64,000 nt of DNA from Xylographa opegraphella (Eukaryota), in assembly GCA_022813865.1 (NCBI GenBank), contig JALDZX010000004.1, positions 1-64,000 of the forward strand. The letters are read 5' to 3'. Below the pieces are notes generated by a model. That model was not told the DNA's origin and ran no database searches. It saw only the letters and a list, made by a program, of their open reading frames with translations. Below are positions 51,217 to 63,612 of the stretch, in pieces. Position numbers and translations under genes: made by a program. How positions within the stretch are numbered: position 1 is the first letter of the stretch; every line of letters starts with the position of its first letter.

Positions 51217-53540
51217 ATGACGGAAATCGGTGTGGGGAGATATCTGTTCGAGAGGATCAAGCAGCTGGGGATTAAGTCTGTGTTTGGAGTACCTGGAGGT
51301 CTGCAATGTCGCACTCGTCCAAGCAACTATCACTGACTGCTTCAAGACTATGAGTTGACTTTGCTTGATGTCATTCCTGAGGCCGGGCTCGATTGGAAGG
51401 GCAACCCTAGCGAGCTTGTTGCGAGCTATGCTGCGGATGGCTATGGACGTATCGCTGGCGCTGGGGCCTTCGTCACCACATTTGGACCAGGAGAACTTTC
51501 AGCACTGTGCGGGATCGCCGGAGCGTATTGCGAATTTGTTCCTGTAGCGCATATCGTTGGATACCCGAGTGTGAAGTTCCAGAACGAGCATGCAATACTG
51601 CATCATACTGTTGGTGACGGTCGCTATGAGTGAGAACAATAGCAATTGCCAGAGCAGTCACATACTGATGCATACAGGTTGTACCACGAGATGTCAAAGC
51701 AAATCTCCTGCACAACCACAGTTCTTAAGGATGTTAAGACTGCAGCAGCTGAAATCGACCGGTGTCTTAATGCCATGATGTATCATCGACAACCAGTCTA
51801 CATTGGAGTTCCGGTGAACATGGTGAACGAGAAAATCAGCTCATCTGGTCTCGCCGTTCCCATCACGATTACTCTTCCACCAAACGACGAGTCAATGGAG
51901 AAAAAGGTCCTCCAAGAGATTCGGAAGCGACTGGGGACGCACGAAAAGACTGTTATTATTGTCGATGGCGGTAAGTATACCTGTCTTGATATGTTATGAT
52001 CCCATACTGAAATTCTTGGTTCGAAGGCGCCATCAGACACGACGTGTTAAGCTTGACCCAGGAGCTCATCGACGTAACGAATTTGCCCTTCTTCACGACC
52101 CCCATGGGCAAAGGAGCACTGAATGAGCAGCAACCTCGTTATGGAGGATTCTATGGAGGTGCCGTGTCGAAGGAGGATTGCAGAGTAGCGGTAGAAAGTG
52201 CACAATGCGTGCTTTGGATTGGAAATTATCCGGTGAGCCGAAATTCTAGATCATGTGTTTCGAAAGCTAACCATGGATCGAGAGTGACATCAATACGTTA
52301 GTACATTGACCGACCCTTACAAGTTGTTGAGGTCTGATCGTTTCCTTGTTGACAGGGCAGAGTTCACGGAGAAGGTCAACCCAGAGGTTGTAATCGATTT
52401 CGAAAGATTTTTTGTAATGGTAAGCAAGGAAAAATAACTCGCAGAGAGTCATACTAATAAGAAGATAAAGATTGGCGGTCAAAGATACGACGTAAAGATG
52501 AACCACGTGAGTATTGTATTTGATATTGAGCTTCCTTCCGCAACTCTGATAAGGTCAATAGGTTCTTCGAAAGTTGGTAGACTCTTTGAAGAGCCATCCC
52601 TTGAATATTGTCAGTGGGAAGGCCGCAATGCCTTGCAAGCCGCAGTCCGACACTCTGCCTACGAGGTCTAAAGAGATTACCCAGGCCTGGTACTGGAAAG
52701 TATATATATAGAAGTCTCGAGAAATTCATAAGTTGACAATATCATAGAGGTGTGGTCAATTCTTCCGTGAGGGCGATTTGATCATCACAGAGACCGGAAC
52801 ATCTGCTACGGGAATGAATGATGCATCACTCCCAAAAGATACTGCTGTTCTCAGCCAGACAATTTTTGGCTCGATAGGATGGGCGACAGGAACTAGCGTA
52901 GGTGCTTTTGTGGCAGTTCGCGAACTTTCAAGCAAGTTCAAGAGGTGCTTATTGTTCACCGGTTCGCCCTCGCCTTGCTATCGTTCCAGATGTGTCCTCA
53001 CACCAAACAGGCGAAGGTTCTCTCCAGCTCACGGTCCAGGCTTTCTCGGACCTGCTTCGTCATGACGTAAAACCTATCATGTAAGTCTCGGAAATTGAAA
53101 ATGTTGAATTCGGTGCTAACGATGTACAAAGCTTTGTTCTCAATAACGGAGGCTATACCATCGAACGTGTGCTCCACGGACCGCATGCGAAATACAACGA
53201 TGTAGGCCTTCATGTGCTGGAGTAATTGATTCTCCGTCGACTAAAGTAATTTCAGGTTCCACTATGGGAATATACAGACCTACTGCGTACACTTGGCCCA
53301 GAGCATAAATCCAAGTCGTATCAAGTGCGTACTCCAGAAGAGGTCGACCGTCTTTTCGAAGATCCAACCTTCAACGCATGTGAAACTGCTCAGGTAGGTT
53401 GAGATCACTTATCCCTTGGACGCATGCAAGCTCACGTCCTCTTGCTTCAGCTCGTCGAAGTATTTATGGACCCATTGGACGCTCCCATGGCTCTGAAAAT
53501 GTCCGGAGCAAATAATGACAAATTTAATGCTGGGCAGTAG
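51217..53540 (+). CDS. ThDP-dependent 2-oxo-acid decarboxylase (divergent pyruvate decarboxylase paralog), highly intron-fragmented
   Basis: YLFERIKQLGIKSVFGVPG|DYEL, SELVASYAADGYGR, TTFGPGELSA, ILHHTVGDG, FFTTPMGKG, TETGTS, QTIFGSIGWA, GEGSLQLTVQ, FVLNNGGYTIER; more than a dozen short introns. Confidence 0.9.
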
Positions 53541-53709
53541 ATAAATCAGAATGAGCATAAAGCAACATGCTCTAGGGAACGCATCATCGACAGAACGCAT
53601 TTTGTACAGTCGTGAAGAGTCCATGTAGTGCAGGCCTCTATTCAGAAAATTGCGTTAATATGTCAGGCCTGCCCTGAATACGATCCGCATATTGGATACA
53701 TTCTCGTGA

Positions 53710-55902
53710 TTAGTGCATATTGTTCCAATCTCTATACCAGTCAAGACAGCCTAAATTAGCAACTGAGGAAGAAGTTTTGACATTCCTGCCACTTAAGATC
53801 TGCTTGACGGCAATTTCGACCCTAGAGCACCTCGGATTAGCTCGACGGCTCTGGATTGAAAATTCTGCCTCAAATATGATGTACACACTTTTTGCCATTG
53901 GTGGTGACTGGAATGTCAGGGCACTCGTCTACTATAGCTGGCATGTGCCGCGCGCTTAATGTACTCTTGACGGTTGACTGTATCTTTTCTCCCAATGCCT
54001 TCGAAAAGACCTCACCGGAGGCCATTTTCAAAAATAATACGACAGTCTCATCTGTGTCTGTATCTCTCCTCCGACCAATACACAAAGCATCCTCGACCTC
54101 AGGAAAGTACATTTGGAGGACATTGTATATTTCTGCACTGCCGAAGCGTACTCCGGCAGGCTTCAGCACGCCATCGCTTCTTCCCAGCATGATCAACCCA
54201 CCCGTTTCGGGGTTCAGGCGGATGAAGTCACCATGGTGCCAAACCCCGGGGAACGTTTCGAAATAACTTTTCTTGTATGTCTTATCTCCTTCATCCCCCC
54301 AGAAATAGATTGGTTGGCATGGAAAAGGCCGTGTACAGACCAGCTCACCTGAATCGCCAGTCAAGGTAATGTTGTTACCTTCGAAGTCCCATACTATTTG
54401 ATATCAATACATTGCCTCAGAGAGATAAAAGATGCATAGTCATACCCTCAACAGCCATGCCTAAACCTCGAACTTGAATTTCTCCAGTATAGACGGGTGA
54501 TATCTGGCAAGGCGCCCCGAATAAGGAAATGATATCGGTGCCTCCAGTGATACTGCCAAGATTGATATCTGGTCCAAAAGCGCGGTAGACGTATTCAAAT
54601 GTGGATGGAGATAATGGGCTGCCTGTACTCCAAATCGTCTTCAAAGACTTCAAAGATAGTGTTTGCTTAGGAAGCACATCTTTCTGTTCCAATATGGAGA
54701 GATATTTTGCAGAGGTTCCGAAATGCGTGATATGGAGCTCCTCTATGAGATTTGGCAGCGCCATTTCACCAGCTCCTTCAGCACTGAGCGGTCGAAAGGG
54801 GGAGCCATCGTATAATATTAAGGTTGCCCCCGAAGCGAGCCCGGAAACCAACCAGTGGTGCATCATCCATGTTGTGGTTGTGAAATATAACAGGCGGTCG
54901 CCAGGTACTATGTCACAGTGTATGTAATGTTCTTTCTTGTGCTGGATCAGGGTTCCAATAGCGCCATGGACGATACATTTTGGTTTTCCTGTAGTCCCAG
55001 AGGAATACAATATGTACAGTGGATGATCGGGCGTAAATTGCGCAAACGCGTAATCCTGTTCTAGAGTTGCGGTAGCAAGAAAGTCGTCAAAGGTCCATGC
55101 TTTGCCATTGATCAGCTTTATATCTGCAGTGTTAACGTGATACTCTGGCACGCTTGAGAAAATAATTGCCGCTCGAAGAGAGGGTAATCCTCGGATAATT
55201 TCTTGTAGCTTGTCATTTAAGGCGTGAGTCTTGCTATTGTAAGTGAGGGCATTGTCAGCGAATAGCACGGCGGGCTCAATCTGTTGCAATCGATCCAAGA
55301 CAGCATGCACCCCAGTATCCGGCGAGACTCCTGTCCACACTGCTCCAATCGATGCCGATGCAAGTAAAGCTACAAGTGTATTGGTGTGATTCGCAACGTA
55401 ACCTGCAACTCTGTCATGCGCTTTGACGCCCGCAATACTTAGTGCGTTCGCACAGAGCTTCACTCTGTCACGGAGCTGGTTCCATGTTACGCACTCTCGA
55501 GAATCCTCCGTTGCAGCTATGACAGCAAGCGAATCCTCATGAGGACTAGATTTTGGATAAAGCAGATTTTCAGCGAAATTCAACCTTGCTCCTTCAAAAA
55601 ACGATGGACGCGGGAACATAACAGAATCGTTTCCGATGACCTGAAGCATGGATCAGTAAGGCGGAATTACTATGGCTGTAACAAATGTAGACCTTGGAGA
55701 ACCTCTTCGAAGCCACCACGCCCGTGAAGTCCCATACCTCAGACCAGAATAGTCCGAGGTTGGAGATACTCCATTGCCTCAATGCCTCATAATCAGGAAG
55801 GTTGACATCATAAGTGGTTTCAATCCTGGTCATGAACTGGGTGATACTAGTCGCACCGGGGTCGGGGTGCCTCCACAGCAGACCTGGTGGATGATGCATC
55901 AT
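53710..55902 (-). CDS. Acetoacetyl-CoA synthetase (acetoacetate-CoA ligase)
   Basis: LWRHPDP, FFEGARLNFAENLL, YILYSSGTTGKPKCIVH, GSITGGTDIISLF, VWHHGDFIR, GRSDGVLKPAGVRFGSAEIY, NGKKVEIAVK; three introns. Confidence 0.93.
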
Positions 55903-56817
55903 TATTTTAGTGAATTATCGGGGTTGATTATGGGAAGCATTTGTGCTCTGTTCAGCCCTATACCCCTGAGCAGTTGATCAGCGTCACGGATGCCGGCCTC
56001 CTGGCTGGGCATGATTGGTAAAGTTGCCTGTTAGGGAGCGACTAGAAAAACGCACTAGAACAAGAACAGGTCGCGTGAGATTGCTGCGGCTGGGAGATTG
56101 AAAATTTGATAATCTCATTGCTAGCACTGCGTGGATCCTTTCACTCGACTACTAAGTACGCTTACAATCTCTCCTTCCTTCTCCACTGTGCTTCACGTTC
56201 GTCCCTGTGCCCGGTATTCTCTGAAGTGCTTGTCGGAGTGGCCCCAATTCTTTCGCGGAGGTCCGCTGCTGAAGTACCTAGTGGTGTTTGGGGCTTTAGG
56301 TAGCGCCACTTGGATCGGCTTCTGACGGAACCGACGTCGGTCTCCTAGAGAAAACACAACCCGAGGGACTTCCTCTTTCCTTTAACGTCCAGCTTCTGTG
56401 TCAACGGAGAACTCCTCTCGAGCAGTCAATCTTTCAAATTTCACACGCCTGCTCACAGAAAGCTATTACCGACTTATCGAAAGAGGACCTCTGCTCGCAG
56501 TGTTTACCGACCGCCGTGGCGTTTGTCTCATAGACCACAACACCAGATCTCTGCAAAAGCGACTTTTTCAGCTTTGACCATACCAATCAGCGAGCACACA
56601 TAATTATAATCAGATTGCGCACGGCGAATCCTCTTGTTGCGAGTTTCGGACATCTTCCTCCTCAGCTTTACCCTTACCGCTTCGCCTCCGCTGCGCCTCA
56701 GTGCATCATTGCGAAAGAACAGCGTTGATTACTTCGTTTCCAGCCCTCGACTTCTTCTCAACCGCAATCCTATTCACGACTGCCATATCCTGCAATACAG
56801 AAAGCAGCCACGACACG

Positions 56818-58872
56818 ATGCCTCGACGATTCTCCAATCCCTTTGTCAGCAATTCCCCAAGTACTTTCAGTACCTCGCCTCAAAGCGATAAAGTCACCCT
56901 ACCTTCTCGAACGAATGCTTCCAAGGTCAATCGTTTTACACAATACTTTTCCGCCCCTAAATCGAAGGTCGAAGCCCATTCAGCTACAGCGGCTCTCTTA
57001 GCTGCAGCAATCGCACAGCAGCACGCTATACATAATTTACACTCTTCGCAGATCAGTTCTGCATCACTGTCATTACCGACCATTTCCTTGTCAACTGCCA
57101 CTGCAGATAGCACTAATATGGACGAGCCGCCGACCACTCTTTTCCAGCCGCCCTCTCCGGCAGAGGCACGCAGAATAGCTCGACAACACGCACAGTTTGG
57201 TCCGCTTGGATCGCAAAGCCATCGATACGTAAGCCGATGTCAGGATGGAGAACTTCCCGAGCCAGTCTTGGACGAACCGCCTTACTACTACCTATTGACG
57301 ACTTACATCAGCTACTTAATTCTAATAATGTTTGGTCACATCAGAGACTTCTTTGGCAAACGATTTCGCAAGGAACGATACCGGCACTTACAAGCCCGCG
57401 ACGGATACGCACCCTTGAATAGTGACTTCGACAATTTTTACGTTCGACGACTAAAGATGCGTATCAATGACATTTTCGCAAGACCTATTGTCGGCGTCCC
57501 AGGACGCTTCATAACTCTGCTGGATCGCAAATCCGATGACCATAATCTCCACTTTCAATTGACAGGGACAACCACCGAAACTCTCAATATGAGTTCATAC
57601 AACTATCTCGGGTTTGCTCAGTCGGAAGGTCCATGCGCTGATACGGTCGAGGAGACAGTCAAGAGATATGGGCTGAGCACTGCGAGCTCCCAGAATGGGG
57701 TAGGCACGAATGATTTGCACATTGAACTCGAAGATCTCGTCGCCCGATTCGTTGGAAAGCAATCCGCGATGGTATTCTCAATGGGATACCAAACAAATGC
57801 TACTGCGTTTCCTGCCCTCGTCGGCAAAGGTTGCCTGATTATTTCCGATGAGCTCAACCACGCCTCTATCCGCTACGGAGCCCGATTGTCAGGCGCCATG
57901 ATCGAGATGTTTAAGCACAACGACATGAAGGACTTGGAGCGATTGCTACGAGAAGTGATCTCGCAAGGACAACCGCGCTCGCATCGGCCATGGAAGAAGA
58001 TATTGATCGCCGTGGAAGGACTGTATTCAATGGAAGGCACGATGTGCAACTTGCCTGGAATTATTGCCTTGAAAAAGAAGTACAAGTTCAACCTATTCGT
58101 TGACGAGGCACATTCGATTGGCGCTCTGGGACCGAAAGGCAAAGGTGTTTGTGACTACTTTGGCGTCGATCCTACAGAGGTCGACATCCTGATGGGTACG
58201 TTCACAAAATCTTTCGGTGCCAATGGTGGCTACGTTGCTGCGGATAAAGCCATCATCGACAAGCTGCGAGTCTCGAATGCAGGTTCGATTTATTCCGAAT
58301 CCCCGGCGCCATTGACTGTCGCTCAAATCTTATCCGCATTGAAGATCATTGCTGGTGAGAATGTGCCCGGTCAAGGTGAGGAACGGTTGCAGAGACTGAT
58401 CTTCAATTCTCGCTACCTTCGACTGGGATTGAAGCGTCTCGGGTTCATCGTGTATGGCCATGACGATTCGCCGATCATCCCGCTACTCCTTTACAATCCC
58501 GCTAAGATGCCGGCCTTCTCCCACGAGATGCTGAGACGAAAGATCTCTGTCGTTGTGGTGGGTTACCCAGCCACTCCACTCATCTCGTCCAGAGCCCGAT
58601 TTTGCGTTTCTGCAGCACATACGAAGGATGACCTGGACAGACTACTGGCTGCATGCGATGAGATCGGCAACGTTCTCCAGCTGAAGTTCTCATCCGGTGC
58701 CGCAGGTGGTGCTGAACCCCTACCGGAAGGCTTGACATATGAGATGGAGAGAGAGTGGAAGCGTTCCGAGAAGGGTGGTCTGGGTCGTGAGCTTATGGTG
58801 CAGCCTCCCCGGTGGAAGCTCGAAGATGTAATCAGGAGAGGGGTGCAGGATGTCAAACATCCTCTTCGGTGA
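56818..58872 (+). CDS. LCB2: Serine palmitoyltransferase subunit 2
   Basis: NMSSYNYLGFAQS, ISDELNHASI, VEGLYSMEG, VDEAHSIGA, PLP-lysine motif GTFTKSFG, VGYPATPLISSRARFC; intronless. Confidence 0.96.
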   Translation: MPRRFSNPFVSNSPSTFSTSPQSDKVTLPSRTNASKVNRFTQYFSAPKSKVEAHSATAALLAAAIAQQHAIHNLHSSQISSASLSLPTISLSTATADSTNMDEPPTTLFQPPSPAEARRIARQHAQFGPLGSQSHRYVSRCQDGELPEPVLDEPPYYYLLTTYISYLILIMFGHIRDFFGKRFRKERYRHLQARDGYAPLNSDFDNFYVRRLKMRINDIFARPIVGVPGRFITLLDRKSDDHNLHFQLTGTTTETLNMSSYNYLGFAQSEGPCADTVEETVKRYGLSTASSQNGVGTNDLHIELEDLVARFVGKQSAMVFSMGYQTNATAFPALVGKGCLIISDELNHASIRYGARLSGAMIEMFKHNDMKDLERLLREVISQGQPRSHRPWKKILIAVEGLYSMEGTMCNLPGIIALKKKYKFNLFVDEAHSIGALGPKGKGVCDYFGVDPTEVDILMGTFTKSFGANGGYVAADKAIIDKLRVSNAGSIYSESPAPLTVAQILSALKIIAGENVPGQGEERLQRLIFNSRYLRLGLKRLGFIVYGHDDSPIIPLLLYNPAKMPAFSHEMLRRKISVVVVGYPATPLISSRARFCVSAAHTKDDLDRLLAACDEIGNVLQLKFSSGAAGGAEPLPEGLTYEMEREWKRSEKGGLGRELMVQPPRWKLEDVIRRGVQDVKHPLR

Positions 58873-61100
58873 ATTCCTATCTCACTATGGCGAGTGCTGC
58901 ATGTGTCTCTGTTACGTTTATCAAGCAAAGCTGGGCGAGGCCGCTTCGCGTCGTCCCGGAATGACTGCGAGCCGCGACTCCTCACTTTATGCCTTCTTTT
59001 GCCAGCATCAATAATTGCCGCTTATCCGGTCCTATCATGGTTCCGATGCCGCATTTCGTCTTTGATGCTGGGCAGGTTGGGACGACCTGAAGCTCGCGTC
59101 GCCACTTTCATCTGCGACCGGTGGGAGTCTACTCGCCGTTCGACTTCTCACCGGATCTTGGGTTTTCCTTGCATGATAGACGGTACGGGCTGGGACAGGC
59201 CTCGCATTGTTTTCCTGTGTCGCACGGAGCAGGCTTTGTGCTTCTCGGTCTTTGTACATAGAAAAGCTGCTTCTATGGCATTGGCACGCATAGTCCTGCA
59301 TGCCGCAGCCTCCATAGAATATTCACTGTTGCTTACCAACGCTGTTCCCTTTCCCTGATGTCTGCTGGTGGTGTCCGGTGTGCCGGTCTGTGGCGCCCAC
59401 GACGACGTGTCCGGTGAACGGCCGGGCTGCCAGGTCTCTTTTGACACGGGACGGCCGGGGCTCACATGCGTGCCCGAGTCCTATGGACGCGGGTTCTTGC
59501 AACGTGTACTTCATGCTCGGCTCGACTTGGCGTCGTTGCTACGAGGATGCTTGTTTTCAGGCAATAGCAGGGCCGGCCGGGGCACCGCATATTGATCGCT
59601 TTCAATCACGGCGTCTCACCAAATCCACGCCCGCCTTTCCAGGCAAAGGTGCATCGAGAAACGTCGAGGGTGCGGGTTCGTGGCAGCTGACACGCCCTGC
59701 CGGAGAAGGCGACAATGGCTTGCATGAGTGGGCAGGAAACGTGACTCACTAGTATCGAATACCACAGTATGTAGGCGTGTCTTACATGAACCGGTGGGTA
59801 CGCCAGAGTGAGGGCTGCAGCCGTGCCATAGCCTGACGGGCCTTTCGGCTCCCTATCTCCCATTGTCCAGCGTTGCAGAAGCCACATTAAGGTATTTTAC
59901 GCCCGAGACCCGTCGCCCTGGTTTTGCCTACCTTAGTGTTAGCTACAAACATTGAAAGCATCAGTTGAAGCAGTCAACCTGAGCTAGTTGTTAGTGTGAG
60001 GCCGGTTCGTCGCAGACTGAGCCACTTTCATCAGTATCGTCGCTGTGCCGGTGGGTGATGAGGCTGATGCAGAGTGGCTCAAGGGGAGAGAGTCCTTTTG
60101 TGGGTTCGAACTTCTGAGGGGAAAGGAAGCCGCCAAGTGTGTGCGAGGGTGGCCGCTGTTCTGGATTCGCTTAAACATAGCCTCGTCTTGCAGCAGGACT
60201 TTCTTCCTCCCTCCTCCGTACTTCTTGCACAACTCCATGATGATTGCACAATTCGCTGGCAATGGCCCAGAATTGCTTGAATGGGCTCCATTCTCCCAGC
60301 CGGAGCCGCGGGCTCGGTGACCGGATGAAGTCCAGTATCATCTGGCGCCCGTGTTCTGACGGTGTGTCGGTCGACGTTGGCGGTGTCCAATCGAGGTTGG
60401 TAATGCGGCTCTTACGCTGCGACGGAGGCCAATCTGTGAGCTCTCCCAAGAGCGAAGCGTCTGCAACGTAAATCACCGCTTGTTGGGAGAAATCTGGACC
60501 TCAATCCAGTGTCCGCGATCCTAGCTGCACCACGAAGGAGCTGTGTACTGCACGCATGAGGCGAAGCTCGCAAGTGATTGGCCCTAATCCCAGACCGTGC
60601 ATGTGCTGGCTCCAATCATTCCACTCCCACCAGGCCTCAAGTCCTTGATTCTACCACACCACACGCTTTCCCCCGCATGCCTCTTCTACCACCAATCTGC
60701 CATTGGAGAGGAGTCATCACAGAACGCCTCGCTAACTAACTAGCCGGGCACTGTGGCCTGGACACTATCATCTTCCTTAAGAAGGCAACCACCTTCGAGT
60801 TGGTGTTCGGATACTTTATCAGGCAACGCTTGCTTTAAATGATATAACTCACTATCCCGCCATCATTGCCTCACTTTCTCCATTATTACGGAACTTCTTC
60901 CTGTCGGTCTTTGGCTGTGTCACAGGGTCATTCTTTGATATAGCCGGGGCTTTCTCGTTCCTCTTCGCCCGTCTTCTACTATCAACCTGCACTGCACTCC
61001 TGGTCTGTCCATTGACTTTTGCCCCTGACAAGCATCCTCCACTCTTGTGCCTCCAGAACTTATATCATTCAGTGCCACTGCCAGGCACGTCGCGGTGATT

Positions 61101-62936
61101 ATGCACAATATGCCTCCCGCTCCACCTCCACCTCCGCCTCCGCCTCCCCCACACCCTATGCACCCTGGCTCTCCCGGTCATGGAGCTCCCATGCACCAGC
61201 TTCAGGAACAGTTTGGACAGATGCATGTCGAACACCGTCAAGGCGCCCCCTCCTTTTTCGGTAACGACTTCCAACATCAAGCGGGACCTGTCATACAGAC
61301 CATCGAACCGCTTCCAATTCTTGGGAAAGCAAAGGTCGGGACCACGTACGAAGGCTTCACACTCACTAAGTTTCAAACTCCATTGGCAGAGCCGACCTGG
61401 GCGCAAGTGGTCAAAACACCGATGATGGTGTCGAGTGAACTTCTTGCAATCAGGGCACGCAACCAGGGAAACACAGCGATGAAAATCTACAATGGGAAGG
61501 AGATGTCGGGTAACAAAAAACGACAAGTTGATGCTCTCATTGCGGAGAAGAATGCTGTCGAGATGGAAATGGGCAGCCAATTCGAGTGGAAGCTTGCACA
61601 TCTCAACCTGAAGACCCAGGAATCAAGGAAGGCTAGGCAGAGAATACGAGAGACGGTATCGATGGATGTTATTCTGCGGCGGATTCCACGTCTCAAGCAA
61701 TTCACGAATAGCTCGCCCAATGCTATGTTCCAGCCGACGGGTAATATCGTGGATGTATCGATGATGGGAGTCCCTCATGCACACCCTCAGGCTCACAGAC
61801 CGGAACCGATGTATATGCCTGCAGGAGGTCGAGGACCTCCTTCGGTCTATGCTCAATCGCACAATGAGAACATCATAGAGATAGCGCCAGGCCCTAGGCA
61901 CGGTGGTGGAGACCAACAACATTCTCATGGTGGACCTCCTCCGGAAGTCTATCACGACCACTTTGAACCCCATGGTCTGCATCCCATGATGGGTGAATCA
62001 CCACTCGAGAGGCCCGAGATTATCGGAGAGCCCGAGCAATTCGGTCACAGCCCGAGCCCACCCAGAGAGCAATTCGGTCACAGCTCAAGCCCACCCAGAG
62101 AGCAATTCGGTCACAGCCCGAGCCCACCCAGAGATAAGAAAGGGGATAAACGGGATGATAAGCACGGCGATCCGAAGAGTGCCAAAAAGGGGAAGCACGA
62201 AAAGCCCGACATTCACAATTCGAAACCGAGGCAAAAATCAAAGGATTACGAAAGAGGATATGACAGCGGATCCGATTATGACGTGGTATTCGACAAGTAT
62301 TCGGACAACGAAACTGTCTTGATAACACCCGAATCTAGTGTCAGTGGTGAGAGCAGCAGGAAATACGGGAGACATCGCGAGAGTGACCATGACCGCCATC
62401 GGCGAGATTCATACCGAGATGTTATCAAACCCCCTCACCGCGAACATCGTCGCAGATCTCCACCCCCTTCGCCACGCGATCGAGACCGAAGATCCTCTTT
62501 CGAAGACGAAGGCTACGTCGTCATTCCCGCCAAGACTGTCCGCAAGGCTGCATCCGGGTTCCAACGCATGTCATCCATGCATGCCTCGGAGCGCCCGTAC
62601 ATGCAACAAGCATACACCTATGATGCTCGAGACTATCGCGATCATCCCGAGCCCCCACGACGCCTCAGCGATGTGGCATTGACACGAAGGGACACTATCG
62701 CACATCCGCGACGAGAATCGATGGCATTCCCGCGCAAGGTCCCAGAGTATTCACATGTGGATGAATGGTACCGTCCCGGTGAGAAAGAAGCAGCTATCGA
62801 GAGGCGTGAGCGCGAGCTGGACGCTGAGCTGAACGCTCGACGCCGGGACAGACTTGAGCGGGAGAGTTATTACCCCAAGCCGGTCCGGTATGTGCGGGAA
62901 TACGACGTTCCTGTATATGACTCTCGGTACCGGTGA
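61101..62936 (+). CDS. Uncharacterised Pro-rich and Arg/Glu-rich protein
   Basis: Uninterrupted ORF of about 611 codons from ATG 61101; poly-Pro N-terminus, a small globular-looking segment (YEGFTLTK...TWAQV...FEWKLAHL...MDVILRR) and a charged low-complexity C-terminus. Confidence 0.8.
   Translation: MHNMPPAPPPPPPPPPPHPMHPGSPGHGAPMHQLQEQFGQMHVEHRQGAPSFFGNDFQHQAGPVIQTIEPLPILGKAKVGTTYEGFTLTKFQTPLAEPTWAQVVKTPMMVSSELLAIRARNQGNTAMKIYNGKEMSGNKKRQVDALIAEKNAVEMEMGSQFEWKLAHLNLKTQESRKARQRIRETVSMDVILRRIPRLKQFTNSSPNAMFQPTGNIVDVSMMGVPHAHPQAHRPEPMYMPAGGRGPPSVYAQSHNENIIEIAPGPRHGGGDQQHSHGGPPPEVYHDHFEPHGLHPMMGESPLERPEIIGEPEQFGHSPSPPREQFGHSSSPPREQFGHSPSPPRDKKGDKRDDKHGDPKSAKKGKHEKPDIHNSKPRQKSKDYERGYDSGSDYDVVFDKYSDNETVLITPESSVSGESSRKYGRHRESDHDRHRRDSYRDVIKPPHREHRRRSPPPSPRDRDRRSSFEDEGYVVIPAKTVRKAASGFQRMSSMHASERPYMQQAYTYDARDYRDHPEPPRRLSDVALTRRDTIAHPRRESMAFPRKVPEYSHVDEWYRPGEKEAAIERRERELDAELNARRRDRLERESYYPKPVRYVREYDVPVYDSRYR
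62034..62132 (+). repeat. Coding minisatellite, 33 bp x 3 (EQFGHSPSPPR)
   Basis: Units 62034-62066, 62067-62099, 62100-62132; units 1 and 3 are identical, unit 2 has two substitutions. Confidence 0.95.
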
Positions 62937-63612
62937 GCAGGATCCGGTTTGTGGTCAGGAATGGTTATGACGGCGTTATCTGCGGGCTGGGCGGAGCTTT
63001 TGAGACCAAAGTCTATGCGACGAATGCGGTTACTTGTCCATGGCTCGTATTAGCGAATTGGAAAGGGCTTATCAGTGATAATCCTGGGCTGGTAATGTCT
63101 TATGATGTATGATATTGGCAGAAGGTTCGTAGGTCGTTGTACCTGCTTGAAGCGCTAGATCTGCATGCAAAAGCAATTACTACCGTATCAGAATTTAATG
63201 ATCTGTAAACGTTATACGTTTCTGACGGCACTATAGATTTTGAGAACTTGAGATGAATGAGAATGGACGGATGCATTGTTGTTGATCCAGGCATCAACAT
63301 GATGCTCCTCCTGTTGAACGTAGCACCGTGGTCAGGGCAATATTTGACTACTAATTCCTCATTGTATCATATCGAATGCTAAAATATATTGTGCTTGTAG
63401 TGCACCATTTCTGTCGCGGCCTAATTCTCTTGCAACGTTGTAGAACTACCCCTCCACCCCACCACAACATCACATCCTTCTGCTCTCGTAGATCCTAGCT
63501 ATCCCACAAGCATTGTTTCAATCTTGTTCACTAGTCTACATACCTCAGTCTTCATCTTTAGCTATCATTCGCTCTTAACCCCCCGACTCACATCCTAACC
63601 TCAGCCGCCATC

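Noticed and set aside
10680..53540. Link between the Phx1-like homeobox factor and the decarboxylase (S. pombe Phx1 regulates stationary-phase PDC genes)
   Set aside because: The genes are about 40 kb apart with many unrelated genes between, and nothing in the sequence supports a connection.
59984..60476. Overlapping 90-100 aa minus-strand ORFs in three frames
   Set aside because: No recognisable homology; cannot tell a decayed gene from chance.
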